DNA from: Candidatus Harrisonbacteria bacterium
Lineage (GTDB): Bacteria; Patescibacteriota; Minisyncoccia; UBA6257; UBA11618
NCBI GenBank assembly: GCA_016867415.1
Contig: VGJO01000003.1
Coordinates: forward strand, 1 to 37,489
Direction: 5' to 3'
DNA: 37,489 nt
In this document: positions 19,511-28,503 of the stretch, in pieces
Layout of the letters: every line of letters begins with the position of its first letter
Position numbering within the stretch: the first letter of the stretch is position 1
Position numbers and translations under genes: made by a program
Notes under the pieces: generated by a model
What the model was told of the DNA's origin: nothing
Seen by the model: the letters and a program-made list of their open reading frames with translations, nothing else
Databases searched by the model: none

Positions 19511-19705
19511 TAGTAGTAATCCTGCCTCTGCTTTGCTTCTCGGAAGATATTGCAATACTAAGCTTACTTGCCTAGTGATAGGCGGATCGAAAGATAAAAA
19601 AATCCTTCGGACATTCCAATATTCAGAAAAGAAAATCTGTCTTTCTATTACGCAAAACCCCCTCTTTTAGTAATATTGACAAATATAAATAATGTTGCAT
19701 AAATA

Positions 19706-19735
19706 TTGACTTTTGAGGGGTAGGGATGCTATAAT
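19706..19735 (+). promoter_or_regulatory. Sigma70-type promoter for the 3D-domain gene
   Basis: TTGACT-18 bp-TATAAT with extended -10 TG. Confidence 0.65.
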
Positions 19736-19824
19736 AGAGATAGAAAGATGCCTCGAAAAGAGGTGTTTTTTTATAGTGGGCATTCACTATAAGAGGCACT
19801 CCTTGAGAGATATCTTCTTAACAA

Positions 19825-20376
19825 ATGGGTAAACGTAAAACTTTCTTGGCCTACGCCTTGATGCCAATGCTCTTTGCTTCGACTAGTCTTTCTCCCCTCT
19901 TTACGATGTCTTCGACACCGAATCTCTTAGGATATTCGAGTCTGTTGTTCTCAAAAATCGGAGGAGAAAAAGATGCAGACGACACAAAAGTAATAGAGGC
20001 AGCAAAAGCGAAAGCCGAGCCGAAGATGAAAGCGGTTAAGACTATTCAAGTAGTTGCCACTGCCTACTCTTCAACGCCCGACCAGACAGACGAAACGCCG
20101 TTTGAAACGGCGCTCGGTACCATGGTTCGGGACGGGATCATCGCGGCCAATTTCCTTGATTTCAAAACCAAGGTCCGTATCCCCAAACTCTTTGGAGATA
20201 AGGTGTTCGTCGTAGAAGATCGCATGAACAGACGCTATACCGACGCCATTCCTCCTCGCATTGATCTCTGGATGCCCGAGCGGGAAACGGCCAAAATCTT
20301 TGGCATTAAAGAAGTAGAAATGGAGATTCTTGCCAATGAATCCGCAAATAGTGCCAAACCTAAAAAAGAAATCTAA
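19825..20376 (+). CDS. 3D-domain (MltA-like, cell-wall associated) protein
   Basis: VVATAYSSTPDQTDETPFETA, GIIAAN, VVEDRMN, IDLWM; N-terminal hydrophobic segment. Confidence 0.88.
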   Translation: MGKRKTFLAYALMPMLFASTSLSPLFTMSSTPNLLGYSSLLFSKIGGEKDADDTKVIEAAKAKAEPKMKAVKTIQVVATAYSSTPDQTDETPFETALGTMVRDGIIAANFLDFKTKVRIPKLFGDKVFVVEDRMNRRYTDAIPPRIDLWMPERETAKIFGIKEVEMEILANESANSAKPKKEI

Positions 20377-20379
20377 AAA

Positions 20380-20405
20380 TAAAAAAGGGCTTCGGCCCTT
20401 TTTTA
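20380..20405. terminator. Bidirectional terminator
   Basis: AAAAAAGGGC-TTCG-GCCCTTTTTT between convergent genes. Confidence 0.85.
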
Positions 20406-22205
20406 TTTCCTTAAATTATTTTTCAAAACCTTCTTTCTCAACCGAAGACTCTTCGGCGTCACTTCAAGTAATTCATCTTCCCCTAGATATTCGAGGCATT
20501 GTTCAAGTGACATTACTTTCGGCGGCACCAAATCATTCGTTACCGCTTCCGTTTTAGCCCGGAAGTTAGTCAATTGCTTCATCTTCGCTACGTTCACCAC
20601 CAAATCATTCGCCTTCGCGTGAATCCCCACCACCTGTCCTTCATAAATCTTTTCTCCCGGACCAATAAACATTTCCCCTCGTTCCTGTGAGTTCAACAAT
20701 CCATAAGCAGTAGAAAGCCCCGTCTCATGCGCCACGAGTGATCCATGTTGCCCCGGATCAATATCACTCCACTGCGGAAAGTACCCGGCAAAAAGAGTAT
20801 TAATAATCCCCATCCCCTTCGTCTCAATCATAAATTCATTTCGAAAACCGATGAGTCCCCGAGTCGGGATGAAGAAGTGAAAGCTCACAATCCCGTTTTC
20901 TACATTCATATTCTTAAGCTCACCCTTCCGCTGGCTCATCTTCTGGATGATCGATCCGGAATACGCCTCCGGCGCCTCGAGCCACACATCTTCCGCCGGC
21001 TCCATCCATTTGCCATCCTCCTGCTTCATGATCACCTCTGGCCGTGACACTTGGAGTTCATGCCCCTCCCGTCGCATTTTCTCGATAAGGATTGCAAGGT
21101 GCAATTCCCCTCGTCCCGCTACCCAAAATTCCTCTGGCGATCGTCCCGGCTCCACTTTAAGCGCCACATCCGTCTCAAGCTCCTTTTCCAATCGCTCTTT
21201 GAGGTTGCGTGAAGTACAATATTCTCCTTCCTCCCCTGCAAATGGGGAATTATTCACCGAAAAAATCATCTTCACCGTCGGCTCCTCGATCCCAATTGGC
21301 TCCAGTCCTTCTGGGGACTCTGCCGACGCAATCGTCTCCCCGATCGCAATCTCCGGGCATCCTGCGATCGCCACAATATCTCCCGCCTGTGCCTCAGCCA
21401 CCTCATAACGACTCAAGCTCAAAAAGCTCATAAGACTCGTCACCTTAAACTGCTTTTCTTTCTTCTCGCGAGTGATTTGCATCGCCTGCGCATTTGCCGC
21501 CACACTTCCCCGTACGATTCTTCCAATCCCAATCTTCCCCTTAAAATTATCATAGATCACCGAGGTCACCATCATCTGTAGCGGCTTATCAAGCTCCACC
21601 TTTGGTGCCGGTATCTCCTCAATAATCATCTGAAACAGCGGTTTCACATCCATCATCAATTCCACCTTCGGCTCAAAGCCCGCAAGGCCCATCTTCCCCG
21701 ATGCATAGATAGTCTTAAATTCCAACTGCTCATTCGTCGCCCCGAGTTCAATAAAAAGTTCAATCAATTTTTCGTGCACGTATTCTACCCGCGCCTCCGG
21801 CTTATCCACTTTATTCACCACCACGATCACCTTCAGTCCCTGCGCCAAGGCTTTCTTGAGCACAAATCTCGTCTGCGGCATTGGCCCCTCCTTAGCATCC
21901 ACCAAGAGAAGCGCTCCATCCGCCATATTAAGCACCCGCTCCACCTCACCGCCAAAATCGGCGTGCCCCGGTGTATCGATCAAGTTGATCTTCGTCCCCT
22001 GGTACGACACCGCCGCGTTTTTGGAAAATATGGTAATTCCCCGCTCTCGCTCGAGATCGTTGAAGTCCATGATGAGTTCCTGGTTGCCCAGCTTCCCCAA
22101 ATCCGTATCTGATTGTTTAAGCATCGCGTCCATAAGCGTGCTCTTCCCGTGGTCCACGTGCGCAATAATGGCCACATTCCGCAAATCCTTTCTTTCTATA
22201 ATCAT
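20403..22205 (-). CDS. typA: Translational GTPase TypA/BipA
   Basis: RNVAIIAHVDHGKST, LERERGITI, DTPGHADFGGEVER, NKVD, GRGELHL, RREG, PTRGLIG, EVTPKSLRLRK; ATG 22205 chosen over 22259. Confidence 0.97.
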   Translation of the reverse strand: MIIERKDLRNVAIIAHVDHGKSTLMDAMLKQSDTDLGKLGNQELIMDFNDLERERGITIFSKNAAVSYQGTKINLIDTPGHADFGGEVERVLNMADGALLLVDAKEGPMPQTRFVLKKALAQGLKVIVVVNKVDKPEARVEYVHEKLIELFIELGATNEQLEFKTIYASGKMGLAGFEPKVELMMDVKPLFQMIIEEIPAPKVELDKPLQMMVTSVIYDNFKGKIGIGRIVRGSVAANAQAMQITREKKEKQFKVTSLMSFLSLSRYEVAEAQAGDIVAIAGCPEIAIGETIASAESPEGLEPIGIEEPTVKMIFSVNNSPFAGEEGEYCTSRNLKERLEKELETDVALKVEPGRSPEEFWVAGRGELHLAILIEKMRREGHELQVSRPEVIMKQEDGKWMEPAEDVWLEAPEAYSGSIIQKMSQRKGELKNMNVENGIVSFHFFIPTRGLIGFRNEFMIETKGMGIINTLFAGYFPQWSDIDPGQHGSLVAHETGLSTAYGLLNSQERGEMFIGPGEKIYEGQVVGIHAKANDLVVNVAKMKQLTNFRAKTEAVTNDLVPPKVMSLEQCLEYLGEDELLEVTPKSLRLRKKVLKNNLRK

Positions 22206-22350
22206 AAGAAAATAAAAAAGGCTTTTCGCCTTTTCAAAAGCTTCAATATTATAAAACACAAAAATAAATAAAGCAACAAAACACAGGGTACTAAAATCTT
22301 AAGAACCGATCTGCGCAATTCCTATAAAATAATGTAATATTCATTACATT

Positions 22351-23106
22351 ATGATAGAACCCTACTCCCCCCCGCGAAAACTATCTATAAGCCAATTAAG
22401 CTTTATAAAAATATTTTCTCTTATACACAGAATAATTAGAGGGTTAGCAAATAATATACTCGATAAAAAATATACTAAACCAAGAGAATTCTCAAACGCT
22501 ATTCTACGTGATTATGCACCACTTTTTACAGGAAGCATTATAAATGTATCGGGCTGGAAAGACAGTGATTTAGAAGGAAATACTTATAGAAAATACTTCA
22601 GTAATGCAGAGAGTTATCATATTTCAAACGCTCCAGTAAAAAGTAAAGGGGTTGGTTCACTACCTGGATTAGAAATAGAAATAGATTTAACAAAGCCAAT
22701 TAATTCATCATTAATGCATTCATTTGATATTGTGTGTAACCACACAACATTAGAACACGTCTTTGATTTAAACACCGCATTTAAAAATCTCTGTGATATG
22801 GCTCGTGAAGTAGTAATACTTATAGTACCTACCCCCCGACATATCCATTTTAACGCAGGATATGGTGATTATAATAGACTAACACCAATGGGAATTATGA
22901 AATATTTTGAGAAAAATAAATTTGAAACTCTCGTAATTCAGTCAAATGAACAACAGTTTTCTCCCATATTTTGCTTCGCTATCGCAGCACGTAAAGGATC
23001 AAAATATACGAAGTTAATTAAAAAAAATCTAAATTTTGAAATGGGAGGTAAACTATATGGCTCAAGATTTAATCAAGCGCATATCGAAAAACACGTTAAC
23101 TTATAA
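22351..23106 (+). CDS. Putative SAM-dependent methyltransferase-like protein, AT-rich
   Basis: IINVSGW, FDIVCNHTTLEHVFD..AFKNL, VILIVP, YGDYNRLTP resemble glycan-locus methyltransferases; the canonical GxG motif is degenerate. Confidence 0.65.
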   Translation: MIEPYSPPRKLSISQLSFIKIFSLIHRIIRGLANNILDKKYTKPREFSNAILRDYAPLFTGSIINVSGWKDSDLEGNTYRKYFSNAESYHISNAPVKSKGVGSLPGLEIEIDLTKPINSSLMHSFDIVCNHTTLEHVFDLNTAFKNLCDMAREVVILIVPTPRHIHFNAGYGDYNRLTPMGIMKYFEKNKFETLVIQSNEQQFSPIFCFAIAARKGSKYTKLIKKNLNFEMGGKLYGSRFNQAHIEKHVNL

Positions 23107-23129
23107 ATAAGAATCCTTATTTCTTTACG

Positions 23130-23215
23130 TGGTGCCCAGGGCGGGACTTGAACCCGCACATCCCAAGGGATAACAGATCTTAAGTCTGTCGCGTCTGCCA
23201 TTCCGCCACCCGGGC
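23130..23215 (-). tRNA. tRNA-Leu(TAA), CCA encoded
   Basis: GCCCGGG...CCTGGGC-A-CCA; anticodon arm ACAGA-CTTAAGA-TCTGT; long variable arm ATCCC-TT-GGGAT. Confidence 0.96.
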
Positions 23216-23237
23216 AATAATCAAACCTTCGTTTGAT

Positions 23238-23312
23238 TGGAGGCGCGGGCGAGAATCGAACTCGCGAATAAGAGTTTTGCAGACTCCTGCCTTACCACTT
23301 GGCCACCGCGCC
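23238..23312 (-). tRNA. tRNA-Cys(GCA), CCA encoded
   Basis: GGCGCGG...CCGCGCC-T-CCA with U73; anticodon arm GGAGT-CTGCAAA-ACTCT. Confidence 0.96.
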
Positions 23313-23355
23313 TAAAAGAAAATTACCATTAATAGTAATAAAAAAATGCAATAAA

Positions 23356-23709
23356 TTAAAGCTCTTCTTTCAAATCATCTTCCACTCTCTTTACCGCCTT
23401 TTCCACTCGAGCTGCATTCTTCGCGCCTATGTCCAATTTATACCGCATCTTTGGCACTCGCCGCATCTGCATCTTCTCCACTAAGAATCGCTGGATATAC
23501 CCCGCTCCTTTTTGAAGCTTATCCATCACCGCTTTCTCCTCACTCTCCGGCACCACCGCCACATACGCCACCCCCTCCACCTCATCCTCCGTCACCTCCA
23601 CGTTCGTCACGGTAACGAGCGCCGGCGAAAAATCCATCTCCCGCGTCAAAATCATCGAAAGCTCCTGAAGCAACACACTCTGCAACCTCTGTCCCCTATA
23701 AATCCCCAT
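23356..23709 (-). CDS. rbfA: Ribosome-binding factor A
   Basis: RGQRLQSVLLQELSMIL, VTVTNVEVTED, AGYIQRFLVEKMQMRRVPKMRYKLD; lies downstream of infB. Confidence 0.9.
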   Translation of the reverse strand: MGIYRGQRLQSVLLQELSMILTREMDFSPALVTVTNVEVTEDEVEGVAYVAVVPESEEKAVMDKLQKGAGYIQRFLVEKMQMRRVPKMRYKLDIGAKNAARVEKAVKRVEDDLKEEL

Positions 23710-23774
23710 ATCTTTATTCCCTCCATAAAAGCATCAAATAAAAGAAATGTAAAGGAAAAGAATTAGAGAAAAAA

Positions 23775-24149
23775 CTAATTTCTATAATTCACTCGAATAC
23801 CATCCATGTTGTAATAAAGGCATTCTTGTTGAAGTCCTTGATTAACTATTGGACTACAAAGAGTATTTTTATCAACTTGTCCCTGAAGATACCTCACGCA
23901 TAAGTCGGCTAATCGAGGCTCTTTATAAATATCGCATCTATTATCTCTCACCATGAGCATGATTGATTGAAATTGGTACAAATAGCAATAATCTCTCCCC
24001 ATTTGTTCCGGAATTACCTCACACTCCCCTTTCCTTCTAACCACATCTTCAATACACCGATACCGAGAGTCCTTCCTAGCATCCTGAGGAATCTTTTCAC
24101 ATATAGAATAGTCTCGTCTCTTTTCCGACCTTCTGCAGAAAAGAAGCAT
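23775..24149 (-). CDS. Cys-repeat hypothetical protein (start uncertain, possibly 5'-truncated)
   Basis: Regularly spaced Cys pairs (ICEKI..YRC, ECEVI..DYC, RCDIY..DLC, LCSPI..QEC). The longer ORF-track start (24290) would run through the infB terminator. Confidence 0.55.
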   Translation of the reverse strand: MLLFCRRSEKRRDYSICEKIPQDARKDSRYRCIEDVVRRKGECEVIPEQMGRDYCYLYQFQSIMLMVRDNRCDIYKEPRLADLCVRYLQGQVDKNTLCSPIVNQGLQQECLYYNMDGIRVNYRN

Positions 24150-24224
24150 GGCTTTTTTGTGGTGGTATTTTGTCTGGTTTTTGTCCTCAAAGTACCACCA
24201 CAAAAAATTCTTTTCGAAGCCTGA

Positions 24225-24248
24225 AAGAAACCCCGCTGGGGGTTTCTT
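24225..24248 (-). terminator. Hairpin terminator after infB
   Basis: AAGAAACCCC-GCTG-GGGGTTTCTT. Confidence 0.6.
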
Positions 24249-24306
24249 GTGTCGGAAAAGAGGCGAGGATACTTTCAACCAGCCAACCAAAGTTAAAAAA
24301 CTTTAA

Positions 24307-25746
24307 CTAGTAAAACACCAAAAAGTCTTCCTTAAGAATCTCAGTTACACTCTTCACCATCATTCCACACTCATTCCCCTCGGTTACCACTACTGCATCC
24401 ACCTTATTTTGCTGCAAGTTAATTAACCGCGCCTCCCCTATCACTACTCCCTTCCGTTCAATCTCGCACTTTGCATTATTCACCACTTCACCCTTAATCA
24501 CCTTTCCACCCACCACCTGCTTCTCCCCCTTGGCTCCAAAAGTCGCCAAGACCTCAAGCCTCCCCTTCTCCACTCGCTTCACATTCCCCGTCAACCAATC
24601 CTCCAAATTTTTGATAAGCTCATACACAATCTCTGAAGAAAAAACCTTCACCTGCGTCTCCTCCGTATATGCCTTTTGCATGATCTCCGCCGCCTTTGAC
24701 ATCTTCACCTTAAAGCCAATCACGATCGCCCTGGTACTCATCGCAATTTTTAAATTTCCATCAGTAATATCTCCCACCGCCTGATCAATAATCTTGATCT
24801 CCGATTTATCCGGCACCGGCAATGCCTTAATGATAGAAGAAAGCGCTTCTAAAGAACCTGCATCATTTGCCTTCAAAATAAGATTAATAAATTTCTTCTC
24901 TTGATCCTTCCTAGTCACGAGTCCCGTGGGCTCTTTGGCCATTTCCGTCTCCTCCACTGTCTTCACTTCTCCTCCAACCAAAAATTCCTCTCCTACCTTT
25001 GGCTGCTTTGGAAAGCCCAGAAGCAAAAAAGGGGTCGAAGGTACCGCTTCCTTGATCTGCTTTCCGCTCGAGTCCTCCATCATCTTTATCCTCGCCTTCT
25101 CCCCCAAAAAAAGCACTGAGTCTCCTACCCTAATCACCCCATCGCGAGCAATCACCGCCGCGACCACCCCTCGCCGATTATCCAAATGTGATTCGAGAAT
25201 AAATCCCTTTCCCGGAGCCGTCTCATCATAGGTAATACCCTCCACCTCCGCCACAAAAAGAAGCAAATCGAGTAATTCATCCACCCCCTCTCCTGTCATT
25301 GCCGATACTGGCTTATAGGAAATATCTCCTCCCATTCCTTCAAGTAACACTCCCAAGGTAAAAAGATCGTTAATCACTCTATTCACATCCGCTCCCGGCT
25401 TATCCATCTTCGTCACTGCCACCACAAACGGTATCTCTGCCTTCTTAATCGTCTCAAATGCCTCCTTAGTCTGCGACCGCACTCCCTCGTCTCCCGCCAC
25501 GATAAGAATAGCAATATCTGCCACTTTTCCTCCCCGTTCCCGCATCATTGAAAATGCCTCATGTCCCGGCGTATCAATAAAAGTCATTTTCTGACCCTTA
25601 TGCTCTATCTCATATGCTCCAATCGCCTGGGTGATCCCCCCCGCCTCCCGCGCCGCCACATTCGTCTTCTTAATGTAGTCCAAAATAGTGGTCTTCCCAT
25701 GATCCACATGTCCCACAACCACAATGACTGGCGGTCTTTTCTTCAT
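24307..25746 (-). CDS. infB: Translation initiation factor IF-2, minimal form without N-terminal domain (479 aa)
   Basis: MKKRPPVIVVVGHVDHGKTT, EAGGITQAIGAY, DTPGHEAF, GSLEAL, GNECGM; ATG at 25746. Confidence 0.96.
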   Translation of the reverse strand: MKKRPPVIVVVGHVDHGKTTILDYIKKTNVAAREAGGITQAIGAYEIEHKGQKMTFIDTPGHEAFSMMRERGGKVADIAILIVAGDEGVRSQTKEAFETIKKAEIPFVVAVTKMDKPGADVNRVINDLFTLGVLLEGMGGDISYKPVSAMTGEGVDELLDLLLFVAEVEGITYDETAPGKGFILESHLDNRRGVVAAVIARDGVIRVGDSVLFLGEKARIKMMEDSSGKQIKEAVPSTPFLLLGFPKQPKVGEEFLVGGEVKTVEETEMAKEPTGLVTRKDQEKKFINLILKANDAGSLEALSSIIKALPVPDKSEIKIIDQAVGDITDGNLKIAMSTRAIVIGFKVKMSKAAEIMQKAYTEETQVKVFSSEIVYELIKNLEDWLTGNVKRVEKGRLEVLATFGAKGEKQVVGGKVIKGEVVNNAKCEIERKGVVIGEARLINLQQNKVDAVVVTEGNECGMMVKSVTEILKEDFLVFY

Positions 25747-25867
25747 ACGTTCCAATAAAATATCAAATTTTTCCCAATAAGACAACAGAAAATTGACAAA
25801 AAAAATAAATAGAAGCACTATAAACTCCGGACTTTGAAAACCCTTAAAAAAGAAAGAGAGGATTCGC

Positions 25868-26527
25868 GTGACCAACATTCAAAAAAAATTAGAACATTTT
25901 TTTCATCTTAAATTAGATGAATTGAAAGCGAATAATATCTGGCTAGGAGCCGTTGAGCGATTAGAAAGAAGGAAAGAAGAAATTCTTCGCAAAGCCGGTC
26001 AATATCGCTACAAAGATCAAAGTCTTCTTCCTTTTTTGTTTGTGATCGGTCCTCAAGTGCGCTCTTTCCATGATCAGCTCCAGATGGTGCCCGGCAGTTC
26101 CGATTCCATTAATCCACTCCATATTGCCGACCAAGTCCCTAGAGACGAAGTCGCTACTGTCCGGGTCATCTATGGTATTTCCGAGATCAAAGAAGCCGCG
26201 GGCCAGCGTCCCAAAACAGCCCTCGAGACTATTCGCAATGCTAACTGGCGACCCAAACAAAAAAGATACTGTGGCCCGAATAAGAATTATATTGAGATTA
26301 CCACCTGGGATCTCCTCGCCATTGGAAGAGAACTTAATCTCTTAGCTAATGAGAGAATCGTCGCCACTAGTTCGATAGTAAGCGGCCTCCACGCAAGCGA
26401 ACGTGCTCATCCTTGCCTCATGCGAAAAAGTGGTGGTGGTCTCCATGCTTTTAGCATTGGTGAATACGCTGATGACGAAAATCTGCATTACTTCGCCTTT
26501 CGCGAACGAAGTAATATCTTTCTCTAG
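25868..26527 (+). CDS. Hypothetical protein
   Basis: 219-aa ORF, GTG start preceded by GAGAGG; followed by a terminator. Confidence 0.7.
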   Translation: MTNIQKKLEHFFHLKLDELKANNIWLGAVERLERRKEEILRKAGQYRYKDQSLLPFLFVIGPQVRSFHDQLQMVPGSSDSINPLHIADQVPRDEVATVRVIYGISEIKEAAGQRPKTALETIRNANWRPKQKRYCGPNKNYIEITTWDLLAIGRELNLLANERIVATSSIVSGLHASERAHPCLMRKSGGGLHAFSIGEYADDENLHYFAFRERSNIFL

Positions 26528-26545
26528 CCTCCCATTTTCACCAAT

Positions 26546-26575
26546 AAAAAGCCTGGGTTATCCTCGGGCTTTTTT
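26546..26575. terminator. Bidirectional terminator
   Basis: AAAAAGCCTGGG-TTAT-CCTCGGGCTTTTTT between convergent genes. Confidence 0.65.
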
Positions 26576-26584
26576 CTTAAAAAA

Positions 26585-27001
26585 TTACTTATTCAGAATA
26601 TCCTCCCAAAATCCTCTTTCTTTAAGCGTTCCGTAGTTATTTTCCCCATCAATCCCCCGCATAATAATAAGAAATACGCAGACTATAAGCCCTACATAAG
26701 GTACGATCATTAAGAGCGAAAACCAGCCACTCTCCCCAATATCATGGAATCGTCTCGCGGTAAGAGAGAGAATAAAAAAAATCTGAACAATCGTGCCAAT
26801 CACAAATAGTGTTCCGACAAAAAAAAGATAAGTGAAAGGTACTGTTTCTGACTGTAGATTATTAAACCAAGCCGATTCAAACAAGTAAAAACTGATCAAA
26901 AGAAGAAATGCTAAATAAATAAGAGAAAAAACAAAGCTCCCAAAAAACCAATGTTTTCGCCCAATCCTCCCATCAAAAAAACTATTAAGATTTCTAGTCA
27001 T
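26585..27001 (-). CDS. DUF805 family inner-membrane protein
   Basis: FDGRIGRKHWF, ARRFHDIGESGW, GENNYG. Confidence 0.92.
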   Translation of the reverse strand: MTRNLNSFFDGRIGRKHWFFGSFVFSLIYLAFLLLISFYLFESAWFNNLQSETVPFTYLFFVGTLFVIGTIVQIFFILSLTARRFHDIGESGWFSLLMIVPYVGLIVCVFLIIMRGIDGENNYGTLKERGFWEDILNK

Positions 27002-27071
27002 ATAGTAATAAAAGCACAGTCAAAAAAAAAGAAAAGTACCACGTGGAGTGACGCAGGAAATTCAGAATAAT

Positions 27072-28097
27072 TTAGAGAGATAAATTCTCCGCTTCTTCAT
27101 ATCGAAGCCGTTGCAAAACCATTTTTCCTCCATCTTTTTCCATCAATCTTGGTTGGGCAAAGTCATAAATCATAGTTGGATAAAAATCTATTTTTTTCAC
27201 CCCTTTCTTTGTAAAGAATATTTTAAGCGCCAATCCAGCCCGCGTTTCAAACGACCACATCTGATCAAACACGAAATTTCCCAAACTATAAAAAATATAT
27301 TTTCCTTTATATTGCTCCATGGTCTGCACCACATGAGGATGATGACCAATCACCATCTCCGCTCCCGCATCAATCGCCGACCGAGCAAACTCTGTCTGCG
27401 ATTTGTTTGGCTTCTCTTCGTACTCCCGCCCCGAGTGCATTGAGACAATCACAATATCCGCCTGCACTCTCGCCGCCCGCACCGCCTCCTGCATTTTCTC
27501 TATCCGCATAAACGCCGTCCCCGCCCTGACCCTCCCCGCTTCATAGACCTGCGGCACCACATCTGGATCATTGTATGCTAAAAATGCAAATCTGATTCCC
27601 TTAGTAGTAATAATCACCGGCCGATTTGCCTCTTCACTATTTCTTCCGGCTCCCACATATTCAATCCCCACTTTATAAAGAGCCTCAAAAGTATCAAGAA
27701 GTCCTTTCTTACCAAAATTAGGCACATGATTATTAGCAAGCGATAAAATCGAAAATCCCGCCTCTTGCAATGCTTCAGCCGCCTCCAGATCCGCCCGAAA
27801 ACTCATCTCATAAGGCCGCACCGGCTCGCCCGGCGTAATTGACGTTTCAAGATTTCCAAAAGTAATATCCGCCCCTCTAAGAAACGATTCTGTTTTTCGA
27901 AATGGATAATCATACCCATATTGCTGCATCCTTTTTCCCACTGTCCGCGAAAGCATCACATCCCCCACCGCTACCATTGTCACTTCCGCCTCAACCTCCT
28001 CTTTTAAAATTCCAGGCTTTATTTTCGTTTCCTCACTAAAAGAAAAAAGGGAAATTATGATAAGAACAGAAAGAATAGAGATAGAGTTTTTTTTCAT
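27072..28097 (-). CDS. CapA (PGA_cap) family metallophosphatase-fold protein
   Basis: AVGDVMLSR, GNLET, LANNH, SMHSGREY, IGHHPHVVQ, YSLGNFVFDQ. Confidence 0.93.
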   Translation of the reverse strand: MKKNSISILSVLIIISLFSFSEETKIKPGILKEEVEAEVTMVAVGDVMLSRTVGKRMQQYGYDYPFRKTESFLRGADITFGNLETSITPGEPVRPYEMSFRADLEAAEALQEAGFSILSLANNHVPNFGKKGLLDTFEALYKVGIEYVGAGRNSEEANRPVIITTKGIRFAFLAYNDPDVVPQVYEAGRVRAGTAFMRIEKMQEAVRAARVQADIVIVSMHSGREYEEKPNKSQTEFARSAIDAGAEMVIGHHPHVVQTMEQYKGKYIFYSLGNFVFDQMWSFETRAGLALKIFFTKKGVKKIDFYPTMIYDFAQPRLMEKDGGKMVLQRLRYEEAENLSL

Positions 28098-28137
28098 TAA
28101 AAGCTATCTTTGACTATTAATTAAACCCTTGTTTTCC

Positions 28138-28206
28138 AATTGGCGGTGAAATTATATCCTTTGTACGAACCTTTTTCGAGCGGAAAATGAACTGACCCGC
28201 CCCGCC
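28138..28206 (+). repeat. Site A: putative left junction with a recombinase-tail-like sequence
   Basis: AATTGGCGGTG identical to 37360..37370, then GTACGAACCTTTTTCGAG..TGA (VRTFFERKMN*) and CCCGCCCCGCC as after site B; spacing is 1 nt longer than in B/C/D. Confidence 0.6.
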
Positions 28207-28306
28207 ACTGCCTTGCTTCGCTCGGCAACACCAAAGAAAAATGTCTCTTGCTTTTTTGGATTTGCGCGCGACCAATTTTTTCTTCTAAAAGGATGATAAC
28301 ATTTTT

Positions 28307-28496
28307 GCGGTCGTTTTTGATTGATGTTCGAACTTTCTTTGAGCAGAACCCCGACTAAGGAAACCGCCCCGCCGCCGCTCAAAAGCAGGCGGGCAAAAAT
28401 TCCTTCCCCCCAACCCCCTTCCTTTTTGCCCGCCTGCTTGGGCTTCGCCCTGAAATTTTTTTGGCGAACAGATTTATCGGCGGGATTGGAGCGCGT
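28307..28496 (+). repeat. Left 190-bp inverted repeat (site B, tail coding sequence, 17-bp-stem hairpin)
   Basis: Reverse complement of 35432..35621 with 2 mismatches by manual comparison; 28305..28358 reads LRSFLIDVRTFFEQNPD*. Confidence 0.95.
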
Positions 28497-28503
28497 GCCA
28501 ATA

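Noticed and set aside
25747-25878. ORF-track N-terminal extensions of infB (and typA 22206..22259)
   Set aside because: AT-rich intergenic-like sequence before the conserved start motifs; downstream ATGs preferred.
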